Positions 36,860 to 48,914 of a stretch of DNA of 64,000 bases are shown here, in pieces (the stretch's first letter is position 1; every line of letters begins with the position of its first letter). Location: NCBI GenBank assembly GCA_963663895.2, contig CAXXRD010000002.1:704001-768000 (forward strand). The letters are read 5' to 3'. The DNA comes from Dehalococcoidia bacterium. Lineage in GTDB: Bacteria > Chloroflexota > Dehalococcoidia > Bin125. The position numbers were made by a program, and so were the translations under genes. The notes under the pieces are model-generated. The model was given only the letters and a program-made list of their open reading frames with translations. It did no database searches and was not told the DNA's origin.

Positions 36860-37951
36860 TCAAACGTTGAAGAGCACGCGCACCACATCGCCGTCCCGGA
36901 TGCCGTAGTCCTTGCCCTCCGTACGCAGCTGCGCGCGCTTCCGGGCTATCGCCTCCGAACCCGCGTCGGCCAGGTCGGCCCAACCGACCACCTCGGCGCG
37001 AATGAAGCCCCGCGCCATGTCGCTATGGATCTTGCCCGCAGCCTGGAGCGCCCTCGCGCCCCGCGTGACCGTCCAGGCGCGGCATTCGTCCTCACCGACC
37101 GTGAAGAACGAGAGCAGCCCCAAGATCGCGTAGGCATGCCGCACGGCTTGCGCCAGCGCCCCCTCGGCCGCGCCGACTTCGCGGCGGTAGGCCTGCGCCT
37201 CTTCCGGAGAAAGCGCCGTAAGCTCCATCTCCAGCGCGGCGCACACCGACACGGGTTCGGCCTCCAGCCGCGCTGCATCCGGGCGGCCTCCCGCGACCAG
37301 CGCACCGGCGGCAGCCACCTCGGTTTCGCCGACGTTGAGGACGGTCAGGAGCGGCCGTGCCGTCAAGAACCGGTACGGCGCCAGGATGCGCCGCTCTTCA
37401 TCGGCGAGCTTGGCGGCCCGGACCGGCGTGCCCTCGGCAAGCTGGTCGCGTAACCGCCGGAGCACCGCCGCTTCGCGTCGGGCCTGCTCCCGTTCCGCCG
37501 CCTTCATCGCCTTGGTCTCCCCCGCCATGCGCTCCAGGCGCTTGTCGAGCAATGCGATGTCGGCGAAGGCGAGCTCCAAGGCCATCGACTCGATGTCTCG
37601 CGCCGAATCGACGGCGCCATGCGGATGCGGGACCGCGTCGTTTTCGAAGCCGCGCACAACGTGCACTAGGGCATCGGCCAGGCTGAGTTGCTCCAAGAAG
37701 CGCAACTCCGGCGCGGCGTCCTTCCGGAAGCCCCCGCCCGGGAAGTCACTGAACTGCAGCGTGGCGTAGGTCGTCTTCGTCGGGCGGTAGAGCGCCGCGA
37801 GGCGTTCGAGGCGTTCGTCGGGCACACGGACGACACCCACGTGCGGCTCGGCGTGTGTGGAAAATCCCACGGCGTGATCGGCCCCGGTGATCGCGTTGAA
37901 GAGCGAAGTCTTACCGCTTCGCTCGAACCCGATGAGCCCAAGCTCAGGCAT
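36860..37951 (-). CDS. ychF: YchF/Obg-family ATPase
   Basis: VPDERL, HVVRGF, FFTVGEDECRAW, AAGKIHSD..RGFIRAE, EGKDY. Confidence 0.93.
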   Translation of the reverse strand: MPELGLIGFERSGKTSLFNAITGADHAVGFSTHAEPHVGVVRVPDERLERLAALYRPTKTTYATLQFSDFPGGGFRKDAAPELRFLEQLSLADALVHVVRGFENDAVPHPHGAVDSARDIESMALELAFADIALLDKRLERMAGETKAMKAAEREQARREAAVLRRLRDQLAEGTPVRAAKLADEERRILAPYRFLTARPLLTVLNVGETEVAAAGALVAGGRPDAARLEAEPVSVCAALEMELTALSPEEAQAYRREVGAAEGALAQAVRHAYAILGLLSFFTVGEDECRAWTVTRGARALQAAGKIHSDMARGFIRAEVVGWADLADAGSEAIARKRAQLRTEGKDYGIRDGDVVRVLFNV

Positions 37952-38038
37952 CAGCGCGCACGCCTCCAAGAGCCGGCCAGCCGCGATCCCGGCCCGAGCC
38001 CCGGACGGCCCCCATGGACAGGGCGACGCGCGGCACGG

Positions 38039-38782
38039 TCAGTCGTTCCAATCCGCCGGCGCCGACGGCAGGACTCCGCCCGCCCCGACCTCGCGCCGCC
38101 CTGTGGGACACAGCTCCAGCAGCGGACACTGCCCGCACAGCGGCCGCTTCTTGCACGTGCTCTTCGCATGCCGCACGAGTAAGGCATGGTATTCGGCGAA
38201 AAGAGGCGCGGGGAGCTGCGAAACCAAAAGCACCCGCAGCGCCTCATAGCGCTCTCGCTCATCGACCCACCCAAGACGGCCGAGGATGCGCCGGGTGTAG
38301 GCGTCGACCGGAAATGTCGGCTGCCGGGCCGCGTAGAGGCAAACGGCGTCTGCCGTCTCTGGACCGAAGCCGTGCGTAGAGAGAAGCAGCGGGCGCAGCT
38401 CCTCCAGAGGCTTGGCCAGCAACCCGTGCACATCGCCCTCGGCTTCCTCTGCGACGAGCCGCGCGAAGGCTTTGAGCTTGCGCGCCTTGCTGTTGAAGTA
38501 GCCGGACGGCCGGATCACCTCGGCCAACTCGCGCTCCGGCACCCGTAAGAGCGCGGCGACGCTGAGCAATCCCCCAACGATCAGCGCGTCCACCGCCTTG
38601 CGTGCGCTCGTCCACGCCGTGTTCTGGACCAGGATCGCGCCCACGATCATCTCCAGTTCGGACCCCGCCGGCCACCAGCGTTGCGGCCCGTAGTGGTCCC
38701 GCAGCCGTCGGTAGAGATCGTGAAGCTCCGGCGTGGAAACCGCGCGGAGCGGCGCAATCGCGCTGCCGCTCACTGGGCCCAC
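38039..38782 (-). CDS. endonuclease III-related HhH-GPD DNA glycosylase with 4Fe-4S motif
   Basis: GAILVQNTAW, GFGPETAD, VDAYTRR, CKKRPLCGQCPLLELC. Confidence 0.88.
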   Translation of the reverse strand: MGPVSGSAIAPLRAVSTPELHDLYRRLRDHYGPQRWWPAGSELEMIVGAILVQNTAWTSARKAVDALIVGGLLSVAALLRVPERELAEVIRPSGYFNSKARKLKAFARLVAEEAEGDVHGLLAKPLEELRPLLLSTHGFGPETADAVCLYAARQPTFPVDAYTRRILGRLGWVDERERYEALRVLLVSQLPAPLFAEYHALLVRHAKSTCKKRPLCGQCPLLELCPTGRREVGAGGVLPSAPADWND

Positions 38783-39297
38783 TCGGGGATCCCTGCGTCG
38801 AAAGAGTCGTAAAACGACACGTAGGGCTTAATGTCGAGCACGGCCGTTCCGTTCACTGCGTCGAGCCCTACCACCCGGACAACGCCGTCCCGCACGCTTT
38901 CCAAGGGAACGATACTGACGCCCAACGGATTCGGGCGGTGCGCGGTCCGCGTTGCAAAGACGCCGACCTCAGGCGAGCTCTCGTCTCCCGTCGGCCGGAT
39001 GCGCAGCAGGCTGCGCCCCTCGTCGGTGACCCGATCGAGCCACGTCACGACGATGAGATGGGTGAAGCCTTCCAGTCCATCGAGCGCCACCCGGAACTCG
39101 TCGCGGAACACGATCTCGGATTCGACCTGCGCCCACGTGCGACCACTCGTGTCGTCAATGGTGTTGCGCACGACGGCGATGGGCGTCAGGTCGCCGATCA
39201 CGTCCGGAAGGTGCCGCAGGGCGCGCGCGCGCGCTTCGCGCACGCTCGTCAGGTGTAGCTTCTCGCGCCAGCCGACCATCGCCCCTCCGGCCATCAC
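38770..39297 (-). CDS. tsaA: tRNA m6t6A methyltransferase TsaA/TrmO family
   Basis: LDGLEGFTH, GVFATR..HRPNPLG, LDAVNGTAVLDIKPY. Confidence 0.88.
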   Translation of the reverse strand: MMAGGAMVGWREKLHLTSVREARARALRHLPDVIGDLTPIAVVRNTIDDTSGRTWAQVESEIVFRDEFRVALDGLEGFTHLIVVTWLDRVTDEGRSLLRIRPTGDESSPEVGVFATRTAHRPNPLGVSIVPLESVRDGVVRVVGLDAVNGTAVLDIKPYVSFYDSFDAGIPEWAQ

Positions 39298-39384
39298 GCG
39301 CCATATCCGGCGCGCACTAGTGTCGCACGCGCGGCGCTAGACTCGGCAGCGGCGCAGGCGATCCCCAGGGAGAGAGGAGCTAGC

Positions 39385-40224
39385 ATGACCGTGCAGCGCG
39401 GCTACGTCGATACCGAGATCGGCCAGATCCATTATCGCAGCGAGACGGCGGGATCAAAGACGCCGTTGGTGCTGTTCCACCAAAGCGCCAGCTCTTCCGC
39501 GATGTACGAGGGGCTCATGGCCGAACTCGCGGGCGAGCGGCCGCAATACGCGCCGGACACGCCCGGCTACGGCCTCTCCGATTTCCCGCCGTCCAAGCCC
39601 GCCATCGCCGACTATGTGCGCACCCAACTCGAGGCGCTCGATCGCCTCGGCGTATCGGAGTTTCACGCCTTCGGCTTCCATACCGGCGCCTCCATCGCCT
39701 GCGAGGCGGCGGTCGCCGCCCCCGAACGCGTGCGCAGCCTCATGCTCTGCGGCCCGCCCTGCGCCGACGCGGGGCAGCGCCGGCAATGGCTGGCGAAGGT
39801 GGAAGGCGCGGAGGAGAGACGGCCCGACTTCGAGCGGGTGGGCGTTTCGGCGATGCGGGTCCAGGCGGACGGCCGGCACCTGCTCGCCATCTGGCAGCGC
39901 AACTTGGACCTGGGAGCGGACGCGCCGCCCGCGATCATCCACCGCGAGACGATCGACAATCTGCGCGCCGGCGAACGCTATCAGGACGCGATCGTCGCCG
40001 TCTTCAGCCAGGACATGCCCGCGCTCTTGCCCCAGGTGGCGTGCCCAATTCTTCTCATCTGCGGCGACCGCGACGTGCTCTACCCGTACCTCCAGCCCGC
40101 TCACGAGATTCGCCCCGATGCAACGTGCGTGACGCTAGACGGCGGCTCGTACGTGATCGACCAGGATCCGGCGCAGGTCGCGCGCGAAGTACGGGCTTTC
40201 TTGCAGTCAGTCGAGGGCGGTTAA
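39385..40224 (+). CDS. alpha/beta-hydrolase fold protein with non-canonical active site
   Basis: GQIHYR, LFHQ, DTPGYGLSD, GFHTGA. Confidence 0.85.
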   Translation: MTVQRGYVDTEIGQIHYRSETAGSKTPLVLFHQSASSSAMYEGLMAELAGERPQYAPDTPGYGLSDFPPSKPAIADYVRTQLEALDRLGVSEFHAFGFHTGASIACEAAVAAPERVRSLMLCGPPCADAGQRRQWLAKVEGAEERRPDFERVGVSAMRVQADGRHLLAIWQRNLDLGADAPPAIIHRETIDNLRAGERYQDAIVAVFSQDMPALLPQVACPILLICGDRDVLYPYLQPAHEIRPDATCVTLDGGSYVIDQDPAQVAREVRAFLQSVEGG

Positions 40225-40322
40225 GCGCTTTTACCCAAGCCAACCGGGGATCCCCAACCGCTCGGGCCGCCTTCGTAAACCGCCCGGTCGCCGCCGCCTC
40301 GCGTGGTTGATACACTTCATAG

Positions 40323-42308
<1,986 letters not shown>

Positions 42309-42378
42309 CCCCCCGGCAGCCGGCACCGCGGCACCCGCGCCCGCGCTGGTCTCTCCGGGTTGAGGGGGCGCCCGACCC

Positions 42379-43101
42379 ATGGCAGGCACGCGCTCCGACC
42401 CACACTTGCCGGCGCCCACTCACTGGCGCGACGCCATCCCTCCGGCGGTGCGCAGGTGGTGGGCGGGCGCGCCGCGCCTCGCGCTGGAAAACACCGGTGC
42501 CCTTCTCCTCCCGGCGCTGCTGCCTCTTCGCCCCAGCGACCGCCTCCTCGAGATCGGCTGCGGGCGCGCCGCGCTGAGCTCGGTGCTTGCCGAGCGCGCC
42601 CGCCTGGCCTGCGCGCCCGTCGGGCTGGAAGCGGATCGCCGGCTGTTACTCCCTCCGCACGACACCGTCGTCTTCGTGCAAGGAAGGCCCACGCACCTGC
42701 CCTTCGAGGAGAACGCGTTCACCGTCATCGTGGCCGGCCACCAGATCCGCACTTGGAGCGATGCCGCCCTGCGCGCGTTTCTCGCCGAGGCCTGGCGCGT
42801 ACTCGCGCACAACGGGCTGCTGGTGTTGTGGGAGGTCGCGCCGTCGCGATCAGTGACCATCAACCGCGTTTGGCGGGCGCTGCTGGCGCAGCCCGACTCC
42901 GGCGTCCAGCTGCGGCGCTTCGCGGAGATCAGCCGCATGGCGCGCGAGGCGCATTTCGCTTGGATCCAGACGCTGCGAGTTCAGCCGATCATCTGGCCGC
43001 CGGGGCCGCGTGTCGGCATTTTGATGCGCAAGGAGTACTACGACAGCAGGACCATCGGGCTGCGGCGCGACCAGAGCCCCTCCTACCGCTCCACCCCATA
43101 G
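42379..43101 (+). CDS. class I SAM-dependent methyltransferase-like protein
   Basis: LLEIGCGR, HLPFEENAFTVI, RVLAHNG. Confidence 0.75.
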   Translation: MAGTRSDPHLPAPTHWRDAIPPAVRRWWAGAPRLALENTGALLLPALLPLRPSDRLLEIGCGRAALSSVLAERARLACAPVGLEADRRLLLPPHDTVVFVQGRPTHLPFEENAFTVIVAGHQIRTWSDAALRAFLAEAWRVLAHNGLLVLWEVAPSRSVTINRVWRALLAQPDSGVQLRRFAEISRMAREAHFAWIQTLRVQPIIWPPGPRVGILMRKEYYDSRTIGLRRDQSPSYRSTP

Positions 43102-43694
43102 AGCCCGTGCTCCTCGATGTAGGCCCAGACGGCGGGGGGCAGGCGATCCGCGGCGGGGCGGCCTGCGGCGATCGCGCCGCGAATCGCGCTGGCGCTCACC
43201 GCCAGCGGGTCGAGCGGCAGCCAATCCACGGCGGCCGCAAGCCCCGGGAGGAGGCGGTCCAGCTGCTCCGGCGCCACGGCGCTGCCCGGCCGCGCCGCAA
43301 CGGCGAGCCGGGCCAGCGCAATGATCTGCCGTGGGTCGTGCCAATGCGGAAGGTCCTCCAGGGCGTCGCTGCCCAGGATGAACCAGATCGGGCCGCACCC
43401 TTGGGACTGCAGCGTCCGCAGAGTATCGGTCGTGTACGTCGGGCCTGCTCGACGGACTTCCATGTCGCTCACCGCCAGCCCCGCCCGGCCCTCCACGGCC
43501 GTAGCGGTCATGGCGAATCTGTGCGCCGCAGCCGTGACGGGAACATCCCGCTTGCGCCAAGGGTCTCCAGCCGGGACCAGCAGCACCTGATCGAGCTGCA
43601 GTACGGATCGGGCCACTTCGGCAAGCGCTAGGTGGGCGTTGTGCGGGGGATCGAACGTCCCGCCCAAGACCCCGAGGCGCGTCACGTCCCCCAT
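43083..43694 (-). CDS. nadD: nicotinate-nucleotide adenylyltransferase
   Basis: LGGTFDPPHNAH, YTTDT, FILGSD, VSASAIR. Confidence 0.96.
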   Translation of the reverse strand: MGDVTRLGVLGGTFDPPHNAHLALAEVARSVLQLDQVLLVPAGDPWRKRDVPVTAAAHRFAMTATAVEGRAGLAVSDMEVRRAGPTYTTDTLRTLQSQGCGPIWFILGSDALEDLPHWHDPRQIIALARLAVAARPGSAVAPEQLDRLLPGLAAAVDWLPLDPLAVSASAIRGAIAAGRPAADRLPPAVWAYIEEHGLYGVER

Positions 43695-44944
43695 TCCCAC
43701 TCGACCTCGCCAACTCGGACCCGCGCGCCGATGCCCAGGCCGGCACGCCGCAGGGCGCCCGCGACGCCCCGCTTGGCGAGCCAGCGCTGCGCCTCCTCCC
43801 GCACGGCCGCGTCGCCCATATCCATCATCTCGACAAATGTCTCTACCTGCTCGCCGCAAACGCGGAAAAGCCCCTCGCGCACACGCTCCACCGTAAACCG
43901 TCGCGAGTCCGGCCGTGGCTTGATTGCGACCGTCTTCGGAGGTGCCGCCACGTGGCTCTCCGCCAACGCGCGGCCACACCGCTCGGCCAGTTCCTCGGTC
44001 CCCTGTCGGGTTGCGGCCGAAATCATGACGGGCTGCACGGCGCGGGCGTGGAAGGCCGCCGCGATCTCCTCACGCCGGGCGTCGGCTTCTTCGAGATCGA
44101 GCTTGTTGATCGCGACGATCTGCCTCTTCTCCGGCAACCCCGCGCCGTAGGACGCCAATTCCCTGTTGATGGCGTCGAATGCGGCAAGCGGGTCCGGCTG
44201 GCTCCCGTCGATCAGATGGAGGAGAAGCTGAGTGCGCCACGCGTGGCGCAGAAACTCGTGTCCGAGCCCGACACCCTCGGCCGCTCCTTCGATTAACCCC
44301 GGCAAATCGGCGACGACAAAGCCGTCCCAGCCCACGATGACGACCCCCAGCACCGGCTCCCGCGTTGTGAAAGGGTACGCTCCCACCCGCGGACGCGCGG
44401 CGCTGAGCGCCCGAACCAATGTCGACTTCCCCGCGTTGGGCAGGCCGACCACGCCAACGTCCGCGATCAGACGCAGCTCTAACTGCAGACGCAGCCTCTG
44501 TCCCCGCTGACCACGTTGCGCCACGCGTGGCGCACGATTGGTCGCGCTCCTAAATGCGGCGTTTCCCCGCCCTCCCCGCCCCCCACGCGCCAAGATCTGC
44601 GCTTCCCCATGCTCGACAAAATCCGCAACAACCCTCCGTCCGCCCTCCTCGTTCAGCACGCGAACGATCGTCCCCACGGGAAGAGCAAGGACCAGATCCT
44701 TGCCGTCGCGCCCGTGGCGGTTATTGAGCCCGCCAGCCGTGCCGCCTTCTGCGCGAAACGCGCGCTCGGTGCGGAAGCGGTTCAGCGTGTTGATCCCCGC
44801 GTCGGCTAGCCCAAGGATGTGCCCCCCGCGACCGCCATTGCCACCGTTCGGCCCACCGAGCGGACTGAATTTCTCGCGGCGGAAGGAGACACGCCCCGCG
44901 CCGCCCACCCCACTCTGCACATCAAGCGTCACCTGATCGAGCAT
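43682..44944 (-). CDS. obgE: GTPase ObgE/CgtA
   Basis: FRREKF..GGPNGGNGGRGG, GLPNAGKST, YPFTT, DLPGLIEGA, NKLD. Confidence 0.97.
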   Translation of the reverse strand: MLDQVTLDVQSGVGGAGRVSFRREKFSPLGGPNGGNGGRGGHILGLADAGINTLNRFRTERAFRAEGGTAGGLNNRHGRDGKDLVLALPVGTIVRVLNEEGGRRVVADFVEHGEAQILARGGRGGRGNAAFRSATNRAPRVAQRGQRGQRLRLQLELRLIADVGVVGLPNAGKSTLVRALSAARPRVGAYPFTTREPVLGVVIVGWDGFVVADLPGLIEGAAEGVGLGHEFLRHAWRTQLLLHLIDGSQPDPLAAFDAINRELASYGAGLPEKRQIVAINKLDLEEADARREEIAAAFHARAVQPVMISAATRQGTEELAERCGRALAESHVAAPPKTVAIKPRPDSRRFTVERVREGLFRVCGEQVETFVEMMDMGDAAVREEAQRWLAKRGVAGALRRAGLGIGARVRVGEVEWEWGT

Positions 44945-45000
44945 GGGCTGGTTAGCCCCCGAACTCCCCTGATTGCAGGGCCCTCCTAAAAGGGTACTGA

Positions 45001-45210
45001 GTGGAAGTTCGAGAGGGGAGTACGTTAGTCATAGTGATCGTCGGTTGGTGGAAACAGGGGGAAGCGTGGGGACGGCGTTCACTACGCGGCGTGGGGCGAG
45101 ACGGGTCCCCACGTGCAGCGGGTGGGGTAGTTCAAGAACCGTGGGCGGGATGTGCAGAGGCCGCCGGATATCTGGGTGGGGCTAGAGCGAGGGATTGGGT
45201 TGTCCACGAC
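45001..45210. other. putative replication origin (oriC) downstream of dnaA
   Basis: Cluster of DnaA-box-like 9-mers (TTGTCCACG 45200-45208; GTCCCCACG 45105-45113 and 45065-45073 reverse; GTTTCCACC 45047-45055 reverse), a trio-like tract at 45026-45043, and a gene-strand switch here. Confidence 0.55.
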
Positions 45211-45256
45211 GGTGAGGCCTGCCGCCGCGACGGCTCTTGCCGGCGGGATTTGCCGG

Positions 45257-46654
45257 CTAACGCGCGGCGATGGCGGCGCGGATCTCCAAGACGCTGCGCC
45301 GGACATCAGGGTCGTTGTCGAGCAGCTTCTCGATCCGGCGGAAGCCGTGCAACACGGTGGTGTGGTCGCGGCCGCCGAGGAGCCGGCCGATCTGTGCGTA
45401 GGATTGGTGGCTGACATCGCGCAGCAGGTACATCGCCAGGTGGCGCGCGTAGGTGACCTGCTTCTCCCGGCGGCTGCTGGTGAGCGCCTCTACCGGAATG
45501 TTGGTGCACTGGGCAACCGTTTCGAGGACGACGTTGGGGAGCGGGACCGCAGTCCGGGGCGTGGCGGTGATCGCGTTGAGGGCCTCCCCCGCGAGTTCGC
45601 GGGAGATCGGTTGCCGGTAGAGCCGCGCCAGTGCTGCGACCCGGTTCAGCGCCCCCTCCAGCTGGCGAATATTGTCCTGTACGCGATGGGCGATTAGCAG
45701 CAGGACCTCCTCGGGTACGGCGAGCCCCCCGCGCTCCGCGCGCGAGCGGAGAATGGCGAGGCGCGTCTCCACGTCCGGCGGGGCGATGTCGACGATGAGC
45801 CCCCATTCGAAGCGGGAGCGCAGCCGCTCCTCCAGCGAGGTCAGGAGCTTCGGCGAGACGTCGCTGCTGATGACGATCTGCTTGCCGAGGCTGTGCAGCG
45901 CATCGAACGTGTGGAAGAACTCTTCCTGCGTCTGCTCGCCGCGGGAGATGAACTGGATGTCGTCGATGAGGAGGACGTCCACGTTACGGAACTTCTGGCG
46001 GAAGCGCTCCATGCGGTGCTCGCGCAGAGCCGTGACGAACTCGTTGGTGTAGGCCTCGGTCGAGAGGTAGAGCGTCTGCATCTGCGGGGCAGTTACGTGC
46101 CCGATCGCTTGCAGCAGGTGGGTCTTCCCCAGGCCGACGCCGCCGTAGATGAAGAGCGGGTTGTAGGCACGGCCGGGGAGCTCCGAGACCGCGACCGCCG
46201 CGGCGTGGGCCAGGCGGTTACTGCGGCCGACGATGTAGGTGTCGAAGGTGTTGTGGGGCGCCAGCACGGGCCGCGACCGGCCGACGGGCGGCTGCTCCGT
46301 GCCCTTCAGCGGTCGCGCGGGGTCCCCAGCGGCCGCCGGTTCGCGCGGCTGCACCACGAATTCGATCTTCAGGCGCTGTCCGGCGGTGCCCGCGAGGACG
46401 TCCTCGATCGCCGGGTAGAACTGATTGGTCAGCGCTTCGCGGGCGAAGTCGGACGCGACGCCGACGCGGAGCACCCCGCCCTGCAGGGCGAGGGCCCGGG
46501 TCTCATCGAGCCATGTCTCGAACGACGGAGCCGGAATCACGCGGCGCAGGCGGTCGAGCGCGGCGCGCCATAACTGTGCTGCTGAGGGCGCGGCGGCCTC
46601 GCGAGCGAGGGCACCGTCCTGTGAACGCGGCTCGCTGGAATTGGCTGCCTCCAA
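45257..46654 (-). CDS. dnaA: chromosomal replication initiator
   Basis: YNPLFIYGGVGLGKTHL, LIDDIQF, QEEFFHTF, RLRSRFEWG, RDHTTV. Confidence 0.98.
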   Translation of the reverse strand: MEAANSSEPRSQDGALAREAAAPSAAQLWRAALDRLRRVIPAPSFETWLDETRALALQGGVLRVGVASDFAREALTNQFYPAIEDVLAGTAGQRLKIEFVVQPREPAAAGDPARPLKGTEQPPVGRSRPVLAPHNTFDTYIVGRSNRLAHAAAVAVSELPGRAYNPLFIYGGVGLGKTHLLQAIGHVTAPQMQTLYLSTEAYTNEFVTALREHRMERFRQKFRNVDVLLIDDIQFISRGEQTQEEFFHTFDALHSLGKQIVISSDVSPKLLTSLEERLRSRFEWGLIVDIAPPDVETRLAILRSRAERGGLAVPEEVLLLIAHRVQDNIRQLEGALNRVAALARLYRQPISRELAGEALNAITATPRTAVPLPNVVLETVAQCTNIPVEALTSSRREKQVTYARHLAMYLLRDVSHQSYAQIGRLLGGRDHTTVLHGFRRIEKLLDNDPDVRRSVLEIRAAIAAR

Positions 46655-46773
46655 GCGCGCTCCTCAATTCGTTGTATGCGCCGGTACTGTTCGGGCGGGG
46701 CGCGCCTCAGACTACACCTAGGAGGAGCCAGCCGTCGGCCAGCCTGCTTCTATCTGGGAGGGGAACGGGAGGC

Positions 46774-46801
46774 AGGGTAGCATTGCTTCCCTTCCTGGCA
46801 A
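46774..46801 (-). promoter_or_regulatory. candidate dnaA promoter TTGCCA-N16-TACCCT (TG-extended)
   Basis: -35 at 46796-46801, -10 at 46774-46779. Confidence 0.4.
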
Positions 46802-46929
46802 GCCGCGCGCACAACTGGTTACTCTGCCGGGGACGGTGCCGATCAGCCGGGCGGCCGCGCGGCGGGCCGCATTGTGTGGTGGCACCACTCAGGGAGTGGC
46901 TCCTATAGTGGCCGCCCCGCGGAGTGCTT

Positions 46930-47700
46930 ATGTTATTGGCGATCGACATCGGCAATACCACCGTCCAACTCGGGCTGTTCGAGGGCCCGCGGCTCGGCCC
47001 CACATGGCGCATCGCGACCGCGCATGATCGTCTGGCGGACGAGTACGGCGTGCTCCTGCGCGCGCTCCTGCGCACCCGCGGGCTCGACGGCAGCGCCATC
47101 CGGTCCGTCATCATCGCCTCCGTCGTGCCGGCGCTCATCCCGGTGTTCCAGGACTTGGCGCGCGCATATTTCAGCGTCGAGCCGATGCTGGTGGGGAGCG
47201 GTCTCAAGACCGGCCTGCGCATTACCTACGACAGCCCGCGGGAGGTGGGCGCGGACCGCGTGGTGGATGCCGTCGCCGCCCTCGCGTTGTACGGCCCGCC
47301 TCCGTTGATCGTCGTGGACTTCGGCACGGCGACCGTCTTCGACGCCATCGACCGCGAGGGGAGCTACTTGGGGGGCGCGATCGCGCCCGGCATCGGGGTG
47401 GCCGCCGACGCGCTTTTCGAGCGCGCCTCACGCCTCTCCCGGGTGGAGTTGCAGCGCCCGGAGAATGCGATCGGCCGCAACACGGCCAGCGCGGTGCAAG
47501 CGGGTATCATCTTCGGTTATGTTGGATTGGTCGAAGGGATTATCGAGCGGTTCAAGGCCGAGCTGGGTGGCGGGCGGGTGGTCGGGACGGGTGGCTGGGC
47601 CGAGCGGATCGCGAAGGAGACGACGGCGGTGGAGGTTGTGGCGCCGGACCTCACGCTGGAAGGGCTGCGCCTCATCCACGAGATGAACGCGGGGGGATGA
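46930..47700 (+). CDS. coaX: type III pantothenate kinase
   Basis: AIDIGNT, VGADR, VDFGTAT, GGAIAPG, TGG. Confidence 0.96.
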   Translation: MLLAIDIGNTTVQLGLFEGPRLGPTWRIATAHDRLADEYGVLLRALLRTRGLDGSAIRSVIIASVVPALIPVFQDLARAYFSVEPMLVGSGLKTGLRITYDSPREVGADRVVDAVAALALYGPPPLIVVDFGTATVFDAIDREGSYLGGAIAPGIGVAADALFERASRLSRVELQRPENAIGRNTASAVQAGIIFGYVGLVEGIIERFKAELGGGRVVGTGGWAERIAKETTAVEVVAPDLTLEGLRLIHEMNAGG

Positions 47701-48914
47701 CCGTGCCTGCGCAACCGGCTCCACTGGCGGGGAAGCGCGTCGTTTTGGGCGTTACCGGATCCATCGCCGCGTACAAGGCGATCGAGCTCGCCCGGCGGCT
47801 GGAGGAAGGCGGGGCTACCGTCGACGTGGCCCTCACCGCCAACGCCGCGCGCTTCGCGCCCGCCCTGACGTTCCACAGCGTGATTCGTGGGACCGTCGCG
47901 AGCGACATGTTCGACGCTGCCGCGCCCGAGCTGCACGTCGAGCTGGGGCGGCGGGCGGACCTCCTCCTCGTTGCTCCGGCCACCGCGACGACGATCGCCA
48001 AGCTGGCGAGCGGCGTCGGCGATTCCCTCGTCACGCTGACCGCCCTGGCGACGCACGCGCCCGTGCTGGTCGCCCCCGCCATGGACTCCCGCATGTACGC
48101 CAACGCCGCGACCCAAGCGAACCTGGAGACGCTGCGTGCGCGCGGCGTCAGCTTTGTCGGTCCCGACGAAGGGCGCCTCGCCAGTGGCGCGCAGGGATTG
48201 GGCCGGATGAGTGAGCCGGAGGTGATCGTCGGGGCCGTGCGGGCGCTGATCGGCCGCGCGGCTGGCGACATGCGCGGGCGCCACGTGGTCGTCTCGGCGG
48301 GGGGGACGCGCGAGGCGATCGACCCCGTGCGCTTCCTGGGCAACCGCTCGAGCGGCAAGATGGGCTTCGCGCTCGCCGAAGCCGCGCGCGATCGCGGCGC
48401 CGCCGTGTCGCTGGTCAGCACGCAGGCGCCGCCGCCGGCGCTCTACGGCGTCTCCGTTGAGGAGGTGGAGAGCGCAGAAGAGATGCGGGAGGCGCTGGCG
48501 CGGCGGCTCCGCGACGCCGACGTGCTGGTGATGGCGGCGGCGGTCGCGGACTTCCGCCCCGCGGAGACGGCCGCGCAGAAACGCAAGAAGCACGAGAGCG
48601 GCGGCGCCTGGGAGCTCGCGCTCCAGGAGAACCCCGACCTGATCGCCGGACTCGATGGGAGCTTCGTCAAGGTCGGCTTCGCCGCCGAGACGAACGACCT
48701 GGTCGCGAACGCCGCCGCTAAGCTTCGCAAGAAGGGCTTGGACCTGATCGTCGCGAACGACGTGACCGATCCGGGGTCGGGCTTCGGCGGCGACACGAAC
48801 CGCGTCGTGCTGCTCGACGGCCGCGGCGAGCCCGAAGCGCTGCCCCTCCTCAGCAAGTACGACGCCGCGCAGCGGGTGCTCGATCGCGTGGCGGCGCTGC
48901 TCGCCGAGCGCTAG
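47697..48914 (+). CDS. coaBC: phosphopantothenoylcysteine decarboxylase/ligase
   Basis: GVTGSIAAYK, APAM, TREAIDPVRF..NRSSGKMG, AAVADF, GFAAE. Confidence 0.97.
   Translation: MTVPAQPAPLAGKRVVLGVTGSIAAYKAIELARRLEEGGATVDVALTANAARFAPALTFHSVIRGTVASDMFDAAAPELHVELGRRADLLLVAPATATTIAKLASGVGDSLVTLTALATHAPVLVAPAMDSRMYANAATQANLETLRARGVSFVGPDEGRLASGAQGLGRMSEPEVIVGAVRALIGRAAGDMRGRHVVVSAGGTREAIDPVRFLGNRSSGKMGFALAEAARDRGAAVSLVSTQAPPPALYGVSVEEVESAEEMREALARRLRDADVLVMAAAVADFRPAETAAQKRKKHESGGAWELALQENPDLIAGLDGSFVKVGFAAETNDLVANAAAKLRKKGLDLIVANDVTDPGSGFGGDTNRVVLLDGRGEPEALPLLSKYDAAQRVLDRVAALLAER

Noticed and set aside
46655-46929. Hairpin GGGAGGCAG/TTGCTTCCC in the dnaA-coaX spacer as an ncRNA
   Set aside because: Overlaps the candidate dnaA promoter; no tRNA, SRP or 6S features recognisable
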